A stretch of DNA of 64,000 nt from Calditrichia bacterium (GTDB lineage: Bacteria > Calditrichota > Calditrichia > JAJRVZ01): NCBI GenBank assembly GCA_963796965.1, contig CAWCNS010000009.1, positions 640,001 to 704,000 of the forward strand. Reading direction: 5' to 3'. The stretch's first letter is position 1. Each line of letters begins with the position of its first letter. Made by a program: the position numbers and the translations under genes. Under the pieces are notes generated by a model, which had not been told where the DNA came from, made no database searches, and was given only the letters and a program-made list of their open reading frames with translations. Below, one piece after another: positions 1 to 10,061 of this stretch.

Positions 1-773
1 TCTAACTTATATGATGGCCGAAACCAGTTATTACCAACAATTTACAATTTCTGCCCGTAAGTTTTATCAACAAAAAAAGTATGGGAATCTATATTACTGT
101 GAATCGGAATATCAGCATTCTGGACTTGAGGTGCTCTTTTTTGAAGACGGTAAACGCACATGGCGACATGGCTTTCCTCCCATGCTCTACCCTACACATT
201 GTACTGCTCATTTGATTAGTGTCAGTGGTGAACGTTTAACCGAAGTTGTTTGTCATGGATGGGGTGACGACAATGAAATATTAAAGGATAATGTTTATAA
301 TAATCCCTTCTGGAATGAGTCGGCGATGTTTAAAACTAATCGAGGCAATGCCTTTCGGGTAAATATCTGGTGGAAGGGCGCTCACCGCGGTGGTGAACGG
401 GCGGAGTGGATTGGCGATAAAATGAGTTTTTATGCCTATCATCCAAATGGTCTTGGACCGGTGATTGTCCGACCAGATAATGACCGGATGGAAAAGGATG
501 ATGCCGGATTTGAACGCTTTCTTCCCGCATTAGAAAATTATAAACAACCGGAATGGTGGAAAACGGATCTATTGCCCGAACCATTAAGACATAACTCCGG
601 TCACCACGGATCCCATACTTTTCTGACGAACGAGTTTATTGATGCCCTTGTTCATGACAGACGGCCAACTATTGATATAAATGAAGTTATGGCTTATACA
701 GTTCCGGGAATCATTGCTCATGAATCAGTCTTTGCAGGGCGGGGTATATATGCAGATCCCTCAATTAAGCTAA
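1..773 (+). CDS. Gfo/Idh/MocA-family oxidoreductase, C-terminal part (starts before the window; +1 frameshift near 729)
   Basis: Frame is open from base 2 (LTYMMAETSYY...YPTH...GHHGSH...). Removing one base at ~729 (TCAG[T]CTTTG) gives the family-typical end GIIAHESALQGGVYMQIPQLS* (TAA 771-773). The 705-aa track ORF is an artefactual fusion. Confidence 0.8.
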
Positions 774-874
774 TTACAAAAAATTTATCTCACGCAGAGC
801 CGCAGCGATTTATAAGAATAAGGATTTCAAATTTTCTAATAATTAAAATGTACTGGATATCTTTAGGATTCGAT

Positions 875-2128
875 ATGAGAACAATTTTAGTCCTCACTCC
901 ATGTATCATTCAATATAGAATTAATTATATTAAAAAAATCATTTCTATACATTCGCCCGCCATTTGGCCAACCATCAATTCTTTTGTTATAGCAGCCTTC
1001 TTTCTATTGCCAATGGTGGCATGTAATCAGCAAAATTCCGTTGAAGATAACTTTAATAACGAACTTTATCATCTAAAGAACCTGCAAAGCCGGGCGGCAT
1101 CAGCGGAAAATCCAACAGCTGAACCTGGTAAGGGTGGTATGACGGCCAATGGATTAAAGGGATCACCGGCCATTAAAGATTTTAAACACGGCACTACCGA
1201 AATTCTGCTGGATCAAATAGGACCGGGAAAGATTCGACATATTTGGTGTACATCAAAGCCACGCAAACCAGAACATTTGAGAAACCTGATCCTTAGAATG
1301 TACTGGGAAGGTAGCAAAATCCCAAGTGTTGAGGTACCACTTAGCGATTTTTTTGGTGTTGCCCATGGTGCACCTGTGCCGATGTATTCAGCAATGGTTG
1401 CAACTCAGGAAGGTAGAGGATTTAACTGCTATTTTCCTATGCCCTTTTCAGATGCAGCTTTAATCACCATCTCAAATGATTCGGATACAGATCTAGATTA
1501 TTTTTTCTATCAGATTGATTTTACACTCGGTGATCCTGTAAGTAAGGAGGATGGACGATTTCATGCCTCATTTCGACGCGAAAATCCAACTATTTTAGGC
1601 CAGGATTTTACTCTTCTTGATACGGAAGGTGCCCGTGGTATTTACCTTGGTGCCGTGATTGGTGTCCGGTCCCTGTCCGAAGGTTGGTGGGGTGAAGGTG
1701 AGGTAAAAATATTTATTGATGATGATAAAAAATATCCAACGATCTGTGGTACAGGTCTTGAGGATTATATTGGTTCGGCATGGGGATTAGATGTTCATAA
1801 TACACCTTATCAGGGCGCCCCTTTAGTGCATGGCAATTTCTTTTCTATATACCGTTTTCACGTACCCGATCCAATCTATTTTCAAAATCGTATAAAGATT
1901 ACCGTTCAACAAATGGGTAGTACCCATAAAAAAAATGTCCTACCCATATACGGTGATAAATTGATATTTAGCTCTAAGAATCATCCACGACGGGATCCGG
2001 AAGATGGTTATTACCTGCGTTCCGATGACGTCTGTGCTGTTGCCTATTGGTACCAATGGCCATTGATACAAAAAAGAAAACCTCTTCCAGATAAGGAAAG
2101 GCGAAGAGCTAATTTGATAGGAGATTAG
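875..2128 (+). CDS. DUF2961 / GH172-family glycoside hydrolase, probable lipoprotein (start uncertain, 875 to ~930)
   Basis: Motifs SRAASAENPTAEPGKGG, GPGKIRHIW, PSVEVPLSDFF, NCYFPMPF, WWGEGEVK, GTGLEDY, YRFHVPDPIYF; lipobox-like PMVAC; AGGA upstream of ATG 875. Confidence 0.8.
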   Translation: MRTILVLTPCIIQYRINYIKKIISIHSPAIWPTINSFVIAAFFLLPMVACNQQNSVEDNFNNELYHLKNLQSRAASAENPTAEPGKGGMTANGLKGSPAIKDFKHGTTEILLDQIGPGKIRHIWCTSKPRKPEHLRNLILRMYWEGSKIPSVEVPLSDFFGVAHGAPVPMYSAMVATQEGRGFNCYFPMPFSDAALITISNDSDTDLDYFFYQIDFTLGDPVSKEDGRFHASFRRENPTILGQDFTLLDTEGARGIYLGAVIGVRSLSEGWWGEGEVKIFIDDDKKYPTICGTGLEDYIGSAWGLDVHNTPYQGAPLVHGNFFSIYRFHVPDPIYFQNRIKITVQQMGSTHKKNVLPIYGDKLIFSSKNHPRRDPEDGYYLRSDDVCAVAYWYQWPLIQKRKPLPDKERRRANLIGD

Positions 2129-2168
2129 TACTTCCTATGATTTTGTATAATTTAAAATTGTTTTTTAT

Positions 2169-2207
2169 CTTTGTGTACTTTGTGTTTTCTTTGAGCTCTT
2201 TGTGTTT
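2169..2207. repeat. 9-nt periodic repeat arm (CTTTGTG-type)
   Basis: ctttgtgta ctttgtgtt ttctttgagct ctttgtgtt; same family as 23440-23528. Confidence 0.55.
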
Positions 2208-2255
2208 ATTTTTTCCTTATGACTTTCTGAGGGAATTTATTTTTAAGGTGAACTA

Positions 2256-3953
2256 ATGCGTATTATAAATGTGGAGATTACAATGAATCTAAAAATTAAA
2301 AGATTGTTTAGTTTTATTCTCCTATTCCTGATGATTCCTGCTTCAGTTGTTTGCCAGGGAAACACGCAAGAAGCAGATACTGCAACGTTTATTACCCGGC
2401 ATGAATTTATTACCATGAAGGACGGTGTAAAACTTTCAACAGATATTTATCTTCCCAAAGTAGAAGGAAAATATCCTGTGATTTTGGTACGCACACCTTA
2501 TAAAAAAAAGGCGTTGGAAAAAGGAGGCGCTCTTTATACGGCTCAAAATTACGTTTTAATTGCCCAGGACTGTCGGGGAAAATTTGAATCGGAGGGAAAA
2601 TTCTATCCTTTTATCAATGAAAGAGAAGATGGGTTGGCAACCGTAGAATGGATCCGTCAACAACCCTGGTGTAATGGAAAAATAGGGGGTTGGGGAGGCA
2701 GTTATGTGGGCTATACCCAATGGGCCATCGCTGATGTTCTGGATTGTATTACACCGGAATTAACAAGTGCCAGCATGTATGATTTGATCTATCCCGGTGG
2801 TGCATTTTCATTGGCAACAGCATTTAACTGGGGGCTCGTCGTCGATGCCAAAACTGTAAATCATGTAAAACCAGAAAAGATTTTGGACAGCTACTGGATA
2901 TTACCTCTTTCGATTGCCGATGATTCAACCACCAAAGATATTGCCTATATTAATGATTGGCTTGCGCACGAGGAATATGATGAATTCTGGCAGGCACAAA
3001 ATCACCGGCAAACCGCCAAAGCTCCTGTGGTATCGTTAGCCGGTTGGTATGATATTTTTCTCGGACCTCAGATTGTGGACTTTCAATCATTAGATGAAAA
3101 CATCCGTAATAAGAGCCGTCTGATTATCGGACCATGGTGCCATGGCAAACAGGCATGGGATAATGATTATGGCGGTGGTGCTAAAAAGGGAAATAAAACA
3201 AATTGGATGGCCGGATTTTTTAACGAAAATTTAAAGGATAAATCCTTTAATTATGATGACCCTGTCTTCAAAAACAAAATGTACAATCTTTTTGTCATGG
3301 GACGTGATGAATACTATGCGTCTAACAGCTGGCCTCCTAAAGCTGTTGAATTTATCCCCTATTATTTGGGACCTGAGAATCAACTATCACTAAACCTACC
3401 TTCCGGGGAAGGTAAAGTTTCCTATACCTATGATCCAGTAGATCCCTTTCCAAATAAGGGCGGGACTTTTCTTGGTATGAATGTAGGTGCCGCTGTTCAA
3501 AACGAAAATTTAACTCGGGGAGACCAATTAGTTTTTGAGACCGATATTCTGGATTCTGAACTCATTCTATTGGGACCTCTCGCTGCCACTATATATGTAA
3601 GCAGTGATGTACAATCAACCGATTTCTATATTTCCCTGCACGATGTTATGCCCAATGATACGATTATAAACATTCAGGAGAGTGGGAAGAAGGTTACTAT
3701 GGATCCCGGGGTAAATAAAATAGATCTGGATATCTGGGCAACGGGCTATCAGTTAAATCCCGGTCATAAACTACGTGTGGTAATTACTTCAAGTCTTTTT
3801 CCACGTTACAACCGTAATTTGAACACGGGAGAGCCCATCTTTTCTGCCAAAACGATAAAGAAAGCAAACCAAACAATTTACTTTGGTAAACATCCCTCTT
3901 CGGTAACCTTACCAATTCTACAATGGAAGGAAGGGGATAAATTTGAGGAGTGA
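2256..3953 (+). CDS. CocE/NonD-family hydrolase (peptidase S15-like), secreted
   Basis: MKDGVKLSTDIYLP, RTPY, QDCRGKFESEG, nucleophile motif GGSYVG, IIGPWCH, C-terminal PRYNRNLNTG; N-terminal signal peptide. Confidence 0.9.
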   Translation: MRIINVEITMNLKIKRLFSFILLFLMIPASVVCQGNTQEADTATFITRHEFITMKDGVKLSTDIYLPKVEGKYPVILVRTPYKKKALEKGGALYTAQNYVLIAQDCRGKFESEGKFYPFINEREDGLATVEWIRQQPWCNGKIGGWGGSYVGYTQWAIADVLDCITPELTSASMYDLIYPGGAFSLATAFNWGLVVDAKTVNHVKPEKILDSYWILPLSIADDSTTKDIAYINDWLAHEEYDEFWQAQNHRQTAKAPVVSLAGWYDIFLGPQIVDFQSLDENIRNKSRLIIGPWCHGKQAWDNDYGGGAKKGNKTNWMAGFFNENLKDKSFNYDDPVFKNKMYNLFVMGRDEYYASNSWPPKAVEFIPYYLGPENQLSLNLPSGEGKVSYTYDPVDPFPNKGGTFLGMNVGAAVQNENLTRGDQLVFETDILDSELILLGPLAATIYVSSDVQSTDFYISLHDVMPNDTIINIQESGKKVTMDPGVNKIDLDIWATGYQLNPGHKLRVVITSSLFPRYNRNLNTGEPIFSAKTIKKANQTIYFGKHPSSVTLPILQWKEGDKFEE

Positions 3954-3955
3954 TT

Positions 3956-4053
3956 TTGTCCACGGATTTTACGAATTTTCACTAATTAATAAAATCTGAC
4001 TTTTTGTTAATTAAGTATGGGAATTCGTGTTAATTAGTGTAAGTCGTGGACAA
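3956..4053. repeat. Imperfect inverted repeat with 9-nt periodic arms between convergent genes
   Basis: ttgtccacggattttacgaattttcactaatt ... aattcgtgttaattagtgtaagtcgtggacaa; termini TTGTCCACG / CGTGGACAA are complementary. Confidence 0.7.
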
Positions 4054-4055
4054 TA

Positions 4056-4919
4056 TTATTTTTTAACATCAAACACTACCTTCTCCACAGTGAACCTGGC
4101 ATAACAGAATTCAATATCATCATAATGCCAGATGGCCTTTCCAAAAGTGGGTATCAGCTGACCGTTAAATTCTTTGTAATCACCAAAAGGTGTGGACCAC
4201 ATGGTGCGAACGTATTTTTTGGGATCTTTTGGATCGCGATTTAAAAACCGGTCATTGGTTATATAATTTGCTAAAAGCCCCTGGTCATCAAACTGCAATT
4301 CTGCTTCTATCACTATGTTGTGATCTGAAAATTTAAAACTTAGCACCTTATCATTAACCTCTTTCCAGGTAAACCTGTCTTTAAGCTGAATTAATACCCA
4401 GGGAAACATTAAAAAAGCATCATTGATATAAGTGTTCAACTCACCAATATCAAAGGCTTCTCCCCTCTCATCGAAAATGGTAATCAGGCGCATTAACTTT
4501 CCTTTCATATTACCATGTCCATCCTGGTAAATATCTGATCCAACCATGGAAAAGAGCCCCATCTTATCAGCACGAATAAAAAAGAGACGTAACGGTTCTA
4601 TAAAAGAATTAAACTGCAGCGTATTAACTTTAATCCACGGCTGGTCTTTTGCCATTTTGAAATCGCCATTAAAATATAAAACGGCATTTTGATAAAGAGG
4701 TTTTCCTACCATACCGCGGATTTTAAAATATTTTTTTATTTGTTCAGGGAAGTCCTCCAAATCGGTTTCGTTAACCATTCTTTGCATACCCCTGAAATGT
4801 ATATCAGGAAGTTCTTCAAGTACCTCGCTTAACTTGTCATCTAATGAGACATTTTTTAAATACAGAAGTACAGCGATAATAATAACCAGGATGATTAAAA
4901 CAAGAATAAAAATTTTCAT
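4056..4919 (-). CDS. Membrane-anchored hypothetical protein (DUF6544/DUF6920-like)
   Basis: N-terminal TM segment; PEQIKKY, QFNSFIEPLRLFFI, WSTPFGDYKEFNGQLIPT resemble this family from memory. Confidence 0.6.
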   Translation of the reverse strand: MKIFILVLIILVIIIAVLLYLKNVSLDDKLSEVLEELPDIHFRGMQRMVNETDLEDFPEQIKKYFKIRGMVGKPLYQNAVLYFNGDFKMAKDQPWIKVNTLQFNSFIEPLRLFFIRADKMGLFSMVGSDIYQDGHGNMKGKLMRLITIFDERGEAFDIGELNTYINDAFLMFPWVLIQLKDRFTWKEVNDKVLSFKFSDHNIVIEAELQFDDQGLLANYITNDRFLNRDPKDPKKYVRTMWSTPFGDYKEFNGQLIPTFGKAIWHYDDIEFCYARFTVEKVVFDVKK

Positions 4920-5185
4920 GATTTTTCCGATATACTTTGGTGAAGACCTAGTTAATCTATTGCAGATTAGTTAAATTTTAAAGAATAATGTGATTATTTG
5001 TTTGATTAAGCAAAATCTATTCGAACAGATCAATACCTATTTACATCAAAATTATCTCCTCTATGAGTGCCTTTAAAAGGTAACTATATTGTGTTTTATT
5101 TAAGCTTAATTATTAGAAAATTCAATTGCTAATTTTTTCACCAAGTGGTACCTTATTGACGCACAAACCTCTCGAGAACCGACAC

Positions 5186-5212
5186 CAATTATCAATTGCC
5201 CATTGATAATTG
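5186..5212. promoter_or_regulatory. Perfect 11-bp inverted repeat upstream of the sugar isomerase gene (operator or 7-mer repeat relic)
   Basis: CAATTATCAAT-tgccc-ATTGATAATTG, 34 nt upstream of ATG 5247. Confidence 0.45.
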
Positions 5213-5246
5213 CAGATTGACAATTTAGTATAGTAAGGAGACAAAT

Positions 5247-6782
5247 ATGTCCTGTTGTCATACTAACATGAACAGACGCGAGTTTCTGGAATTAACTGCT
5301 GCCGGTACGGCGGCCATTAGTCTGGCAGGAATAGCACCCCTGTATTCCGGCAGAACAATCCCTGACTGGAATCCCGACGCACCATTTATGAAAATCGGAC
5401 GAGAACTTATCGTCCAACCGGTTTTAATGTACACCGAATCCACCCCCAGAAAACAAACCTCGTATAAATCCTGGGGAGGCATACAGGATGATGCCTCTGC
5501 CGATGAAGAGGTAAATCGTATTACAATAGAATTGAAAAACCTGGGCAAAACATCGGACTTTCCTCTGGAAATTTTACCCGTAAAAAAAGCCAAAACGGTT
5601 GATATGGCGAATCAGATCCACAAGGGAAAATTTGATGTAATCATCGTTTACCCGGCCCGGGGTGGTGGTGACTTACTACGTGCTTGTATTTCACAGGAGA
5701 AAGATACCCTTATTTTTGCCCGTCAAAAATCCGGGCCTGTTTATTACTGGTATGAAGCGTTGAGTGTTCGTTACCTGAAGACGGATGATCAAACAAGAGA
5801 GGAAGCTATTGCAGAAGGTAAATTCGCATCTGTTCAGGATGTCGTAATTGACGATATGGAGGAACTGCAAAGTAAGCTTCGATCCCTGTTTGGTGTAATT
5901 AATTTTATGGGTACAAAGATTGTTTCTCTGGGGGGACCGATTGGAAAATATAGTCCAGAAGCGCCCGATATTGCACGAAAGAACTATAACTGGGACATTG
6001 TGAATGTCTCATATGTGGATCTCAACAAGCGAATCCAAAGCGCCCGTGCGGATCAACGACTGATCAAGAAATCTAAAGAATGGGCACAGAGATATCTTTC
6101 AATTCCTGGAACAACTCTTAAAACCGAGCCTCAATTTGTAGATAACTGCTTTATCCTTTATTCAATATTCAGAGATTATATGAATGAGCACGATACCCAG
6201 GCTTTTACCATTAAAGACTGCATGGGTACTGTAATGCCCATGTCCGAAACAACTGCTTGTCTGACTTTAGGCCTGCTCAACGATGAAGGTTACATGGCTT
6301 TTTGTGAGTCCGATTTTGTGATTATTCCACCTGGTGTCCTATTACGATATATTTCAGGTAAACCAGTATTTTTGCACAATTCCACCTTTCCCCATAAGGG
6401 TGAAGTTACCTGTGCCCATTGTATTGGTCCACGACGTATGGATGGCGATCGCTACGAGCCAACCGAGATCATGACCCATTATGAATCGGAATATGGTGCG
6501 GCACCAAAGGTTGAAATTCCAATTGGGCAAGAATTAACATTTCTTGACCCAGAATATAGTACTGGTCGGTGGTTGGGATTTAAAGGAAAGGTTCTTGGTA
6601 ATCCTTATTATGAGATCTGTCGTTCCCAGCAGGATGTAAAAATTATAGGTGACTGGAGAAAACTAAAAAATGAAGTTCGCGATTCCCATTGGGTAACTGC
6701 CTATGGTGATCATTTGGATGAATGTGGTTATGCTGCCCATAAACTGGGACTTAAATGGGAGAATTTTTCAGAAACAATTTGA
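5247..6782 (+). CDS. Tat-exported L-fucose/L-arabinose isomerase-like protein
   Basis: Twin-arginine NRREFLE; C-terminal motifs TIKDCM, TACL, FCESD, TCAHC, THYES, CRSQ, H-W-V-T-A-Y-G-D of the FucI/AraA C-terminal fold; SD AAGGAG. Confidence 0.7.
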   Translation: MSCCHTNMNRREFLELTAAGTAAISLAGIAPLYSGRTIPDWNPDAPFMKIGRELIVQPVLMYTESTPRKQTSYKSWGGIQDDASADEEVNRITIELKNLGKTSDFPLEILPVKKAKTVDMANQIHKGKFDVIIVYPARGGGDLLRACISQEKDTLIFARQKSGPVYYWYEALSVRYLKTDDQTREEAIAEGKFASVQDVVIDDMEELQSKLRSLFGVINFMGTKIVSLGGPIGKYSPEAPDIARKNYNWDIVNVSYVDLNKRIQSARADQRLIKKSKEWAQRYLSIPGTTLKTEPQFVDNCFILYSIFRDYMNEHDTQAFTIKDCMGTVMPMSETTACLTLGLLNDEGYMAFCESDFVIIPPGVLLRYISGKPVFLHNSTFPHKGEVTCAHCIGPRRMDGDRYEPTEIMTHYESEYGAAPKVEIPIGQELTFLDPEYSTGRWLGFKGKVLGNPYYEICRSQQDVKIIGDWRKLKNEVRDSHWVTAYGDHLDECGYAAHKLGLKWENFSETI

Positions 6783-6814
6783 ATCATAACGCGTAGTACA
6801 AGCAAGCATCGTGG

Positions 6815-6848
6815 AATAGGGGAAATTGTGATGACTTCCCCTATTTTT
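6815..6848 (+). terminator. Rho-independent terminator
   Basis: AATAGGGGAA...TTCCCCTATT stem followed by TTTT, downstream of the stop at 6782. Confidence 0.7.
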
Positions 6849-6878
6849 CTTCGTAACTTATGCGACTAAAAAGAATCT

Positions 6879-7078
6879 AACCACAGAGAACACGAAAATA
6901 TCTTCAAAGGTATAAAGATTATTGATCTCTTAGTCATCCCGAACTCGTTTCGGGATCTAATTGCACGAGTGATAAGATGCTGAACCAAGTTCAGCATGAC
7001 GAAATTGATTAAATACGATTCAAATAGTACATGATGTTATTGATAAGATTTCGTGTCTACTTCGTGCTCTTCGTGTTA
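6879..7078. repeat. 9-nt periodic inverted-repeat element enclosing a REP-like palindrome
   Basis: Left arm aaccacagagaacacgaa; right arm ttcgtgtctacttcgtgctcttcgtgtta. Confidence 0.6.
6933..7000. repeat. GTCAT-tagged REP-like double-hairpin palindrome (copy 1)
   Basis: GTCATCCCGAACTCGTTTCGGGATCT...AGATGCTGAACCAAGTTCAGCATGAC; related copies at 9368 and 20520. Confidence 0.8.
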
Positions 7079-7123
7079 TAAAAAATAAACATTAGTCAAA
7101 CAAAATAAGATAGGGAAATTATT

Positions 7124-9220
7124 ATGTATAAGTTTGTTTTATTATCAATTATCGGAGGGCTATTTTTAATGGGCTGTTCAAAAAAAGATTCAAACCCCTT
7201 TTACAACGAATATGACACGCCATTTAAAACACCTCCCTTCGCTGAAGTAAAGATGGAACATTATATGCCGGCATTTAAAGACGGTATTGTACAGGAAAAA
7301 GAGGAAATTATTGCCATTGCCACAAACCCGGAGGCAGCGACATTTAAAAATACCCTTGAGGCAATGGAAAAAACAGGCGAACTTTTAGATAAAGTCAGTA
7401 ATGTATTCTACAATCTGAAATCATCAAATACTAATGATGAAATGCAAAAAATAGCAAAAGAATTATCTCCGATGCTTTCCAAACACCGTGATGATATTCG
7501 TCTTAACAAACAGCTTTTTGAAAGAATTAAAACCCTCTATGACCAGAAAGACAAACTGAACTTAAATGGTGAACAGAACCGGTTACTGGAAAAGTATTAT
7601 AAAAACTTTGTTCGTGGTGGTGCTAATCTCAATGAAACACAAAAAGGTGAACTCCGGGAAATAAATAAGCAGTTATCGCTTTTAACCCTACAATTTGGTG
7701 AAAACATTTTAAATGAGAATAATTCTTTTGAAATGGTAATCGAAAAGAAAGAAGATCTGGCCGGATTACCAGATGCTCAGATTGCTGCCGCTGCAGAAAC
7801 GGCTACAAGTCGTAAACATGAGGGTAAATGGGTTTTTACCCTCCACAAACCAAGTTTGATACCATTTTTACAATATTCTGAGAAACGCGATTTACGCGAA
7901 ATCATGTTTAAAGGGTACATAAACCGTGGAGACAACAACAATGATCTGGATAATAAAAAGATATTAACCCAAATCGCTGCTCTCCGTGTAAAACGGGCAA
8001 ATTTACTTGGGTATAAATCCCACGCAGACTATGTTTTAGAACAAAACATGGCAAAAAATCCGGCAAAAGTCTATGCCCTTCTTGATGATTTGTGGAAACC
8101 TGCTTTGGCAAAGGCTAAAAATGAAGTAAAAGAGATGCAAAAAATGATCTATGCCGAAGGTAAAAACTTTAAGCTGGAGCCATGGGATTGGTGGTTTTAT
8201 GCCGAGAAAGTAAAAAAAGCAAAATATGATCTGGATGAAGAAATGATTCGTCCCTATTTTCAGGTTGAAAATGTTCGCCAGGGAGCATTTGATGTCGCTA
8301 CCAAATTATTTGGAATCACCTTTACTGAAAGAAAAGATATCCCTATTTATCATGAGGACGTGACGGTTTATGAAGTAAAAGAGGCCGACGGCACCCACAT
8401 TGGTATTTTATATACAGATTATTTCCCCAGGGCAAGTAAAGGGGGTGGCGCCTGGATGAATGAATTCAGAGCCCAGTCCAATATGGACGGCAAAGAGATC
8501 AGACCATTGATTGTCAATGTGGGAAATTTTACAAAACCTGTAGGTGACAAACCCGCCCTGATCAGCTACGATGAGGCAAATACGCTTTTTCATGAATTTG
8601 GACATGCCCTTCATGGCCTCCTTACCGATGTAACTTATCCCAGTTTATCCGGAACAAATGTCTCCCGGGACTTTGTCGAACTTTGTTCCCAGATTATGGA
8701 GAATTGGGCATCAGAACCAGAAGTATTAAGATCCTACGCCCGCCACTATAAGACTGGCGAACCAATTCCGGAAGAGTTAATAAATAAAATCAAAGAGAGT
8801 GGAAAGTTCAACCAGGGTTTTGCAACATTAGAATATTTGGCCGCTTCATATCTGGATATGGATTGGCATACAATTACGGAAACGACCGAACAGGATCCAT
8901 TAAAATTTGAGACAACTTCGATGGCAAAAATCAATCTTATAGATGAGATTGTTCCACGCTATCGCAGTCCCTATTTTTCTCATATTTTTTCCGGTGGCTA
9001 TTCATCCGGATATTATAGTTATATCTGGGCAGAGGTTTTAGATGCCGATGCTTTTGCAGCATTCAAAAAAGCAGGAATATTTGATCAAAAAACCGCCAAA
9101 GCCTTCCGGAAAAATATTCTTGAGCGGGGTGATACTGAGGATCCAATGGAATTATATGTGCGCTTCCGGGGTGCCGAGCCAAAAATCGAGCCGATATTGG
9201 AACGAAGAGGTTTAAATTAG
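7124..9220 (+). CDS. dcp: M3-family peptidyl-dipeptidase (Dcp-like), lipoprotein
   Basis: Zn motif HEFGH, RDFVE, KGGGAWM, HIFSGGYSSGYYSYIWAEVLDAD; lipobox LMGC. Confidence 0.92.
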   Translation: MYKFVLLSIIGGLFLMGCSKKDSNPFYNEYDTPFKTPPFAEVKMEHYMPAFKDGIVQEKEEIIAIATNPEAATFKNTLEAMEKTGELLDKVSNVFYNLKSSNTNDEMQKIAKELSPMLSKHRDDIRLNKQLFERIKTLYDQKDKLNLNGEQNRLLEKYYKNFVRGGANLNETQKGELREINKQLSLLTLQFGENILNENNSFEMVIEKKEDLAGLPDAQIAAAAETATSRKHEGKWVFTLHKPSLIPFLQYSEKRDLREIMFKGYINRGDNNNDLDNKKILTQIAALRVKRANLLGYKSHADYVLEQNMAKNPAKVYALLDDLWKPALAKAKNEVKEMQKMIYAEGKNFKLEPWDWWFYAEKVKKAKYDLDEEMIRPYFQVENVRQGAFDVATKLFGITFTERKDIPIYHEDVTVYEVKEADGTHIGILYTDYFPRASKGGGAWMNEFRAQSNMDGKEIRPLIVNVGNFTKPVGDKPALISYDEANTLFHEFGHALHGLLTDVTYPSLSGTNVSRDFVELCSQIMENWASEPEVLRSYARHYKTGEPIPEELINKIKESGKFNQGFATLEYLAASYLDMDWHTITETTEQDPLKFETTSMAKINLIDEIVPRYRSPYFSHIFSGGYSSGYYSYIWAEVLDADAFAAFKKAGIFDQKTAKAFRKNILERGDTEDPMELYVRFRGAEPKIEPILERRGLN

Positions 9221-9250
9221 ATTCCCATAAATTTTCTTCCTTTTTAATAT

Positions 9251-9284
9251 GGCCCCTTACTACTTTTGTTTGGGGCCTTTTTTT
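9251..9284 (+). terminator. Rho-independent terminator
   Basis: GGCCCC...GGGGCC stem followed by T7. Confidence 0.75.
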
Positions 9285-9367
9285 ATCCTTTATCCCATGA
9301 TTGGTTTATTTAACCTGTAAATTGTAGCGACGAAAATTAATGATCAAATGAAAGTCTCATCTCAAAT

Positions 9368-9434
9368 GTCATTCCGAACTTGTTTCGGAATCTAATAGCT
9401 ATCATTTTAGACCCTGAAACGAGTTCAGGGTGAC
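9368..9434. repeat. GTCAT-tagged REP-like double-hairpin palindrome (copy 2)
   Basis: GTCATTCCGAACTTGTTTCGGAATCT...AGACCCTGAAACGAGTTCAGGGTGAC. Confidence 0.8.
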
Positions 9435-9657
9435 TAATACCCACCAAATCAATTTAATACAGATTTTCATATAAACTTTTTAGTTAGTACAATTGTTCAC
9501 GAATTAGTGAGTTGTCGTCAATCTCAAAGATGGACTACAACACTAAGGATTATTCCAATAATATGGTTTCTTAAATCGATCTATATTTATGAAATATTTC
9601 TTTTTTATCAGAGGACATTAATAAAACTACAAACCCAATAAAGATCTGGAGGAAATC

Positions 9658-9996
9658 ATGGCCTCTGATAATCCTGCCAATAATATGTGGATCATGCATA
9701 CCTGGGATGGCGCAGTCGAGTCCATCATGTTACCTGGCCCTGAAATCGGAACCAGACTTGGACCATATACTGAATTGAGAAATATAATCCTGAAAAACGA
9801 TCCCACTCTTTTAATCGAACCTCTACGCTTAAATAAAACCAATCCTCAATTGGCTAATTGCTGGAATCATGGTCCCCATCACCAGTTCGGCATTACAACG
9901 GTATTATGTGAGGGATCTGGGAATTTTTATACAAAAGAGAAAAATCTACAATCCGGTGAAATTCTTATGAAAAGTATTTGTGAGTTTTATAAGTAA
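9658..9996 (+). pseudogene. Short ORF, probably the 3' remnant of a larger gene
   Basis: Frame stays open upstream of the ATG (NYKPNKDLEEIM) until tandem stops at ~9619-9624; protein-like composition; no family recognised. Confidence 0.35.
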
Positions 9997-10061
9997 TTGG
10001 ATACTTAAAATTATCCGTTTAATCGACAGAGGACTTAAAAAGTATATACCTGGAGAAGTGA

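Noticed and set aside
11..2128. 705-aa oxidoreductase-GH172 fusion protein
   Set aside because: Artefact of a +1 frameshift at ~729; the oxidoreductase ends at 773 and the joining segment is translated intergenic sequence.
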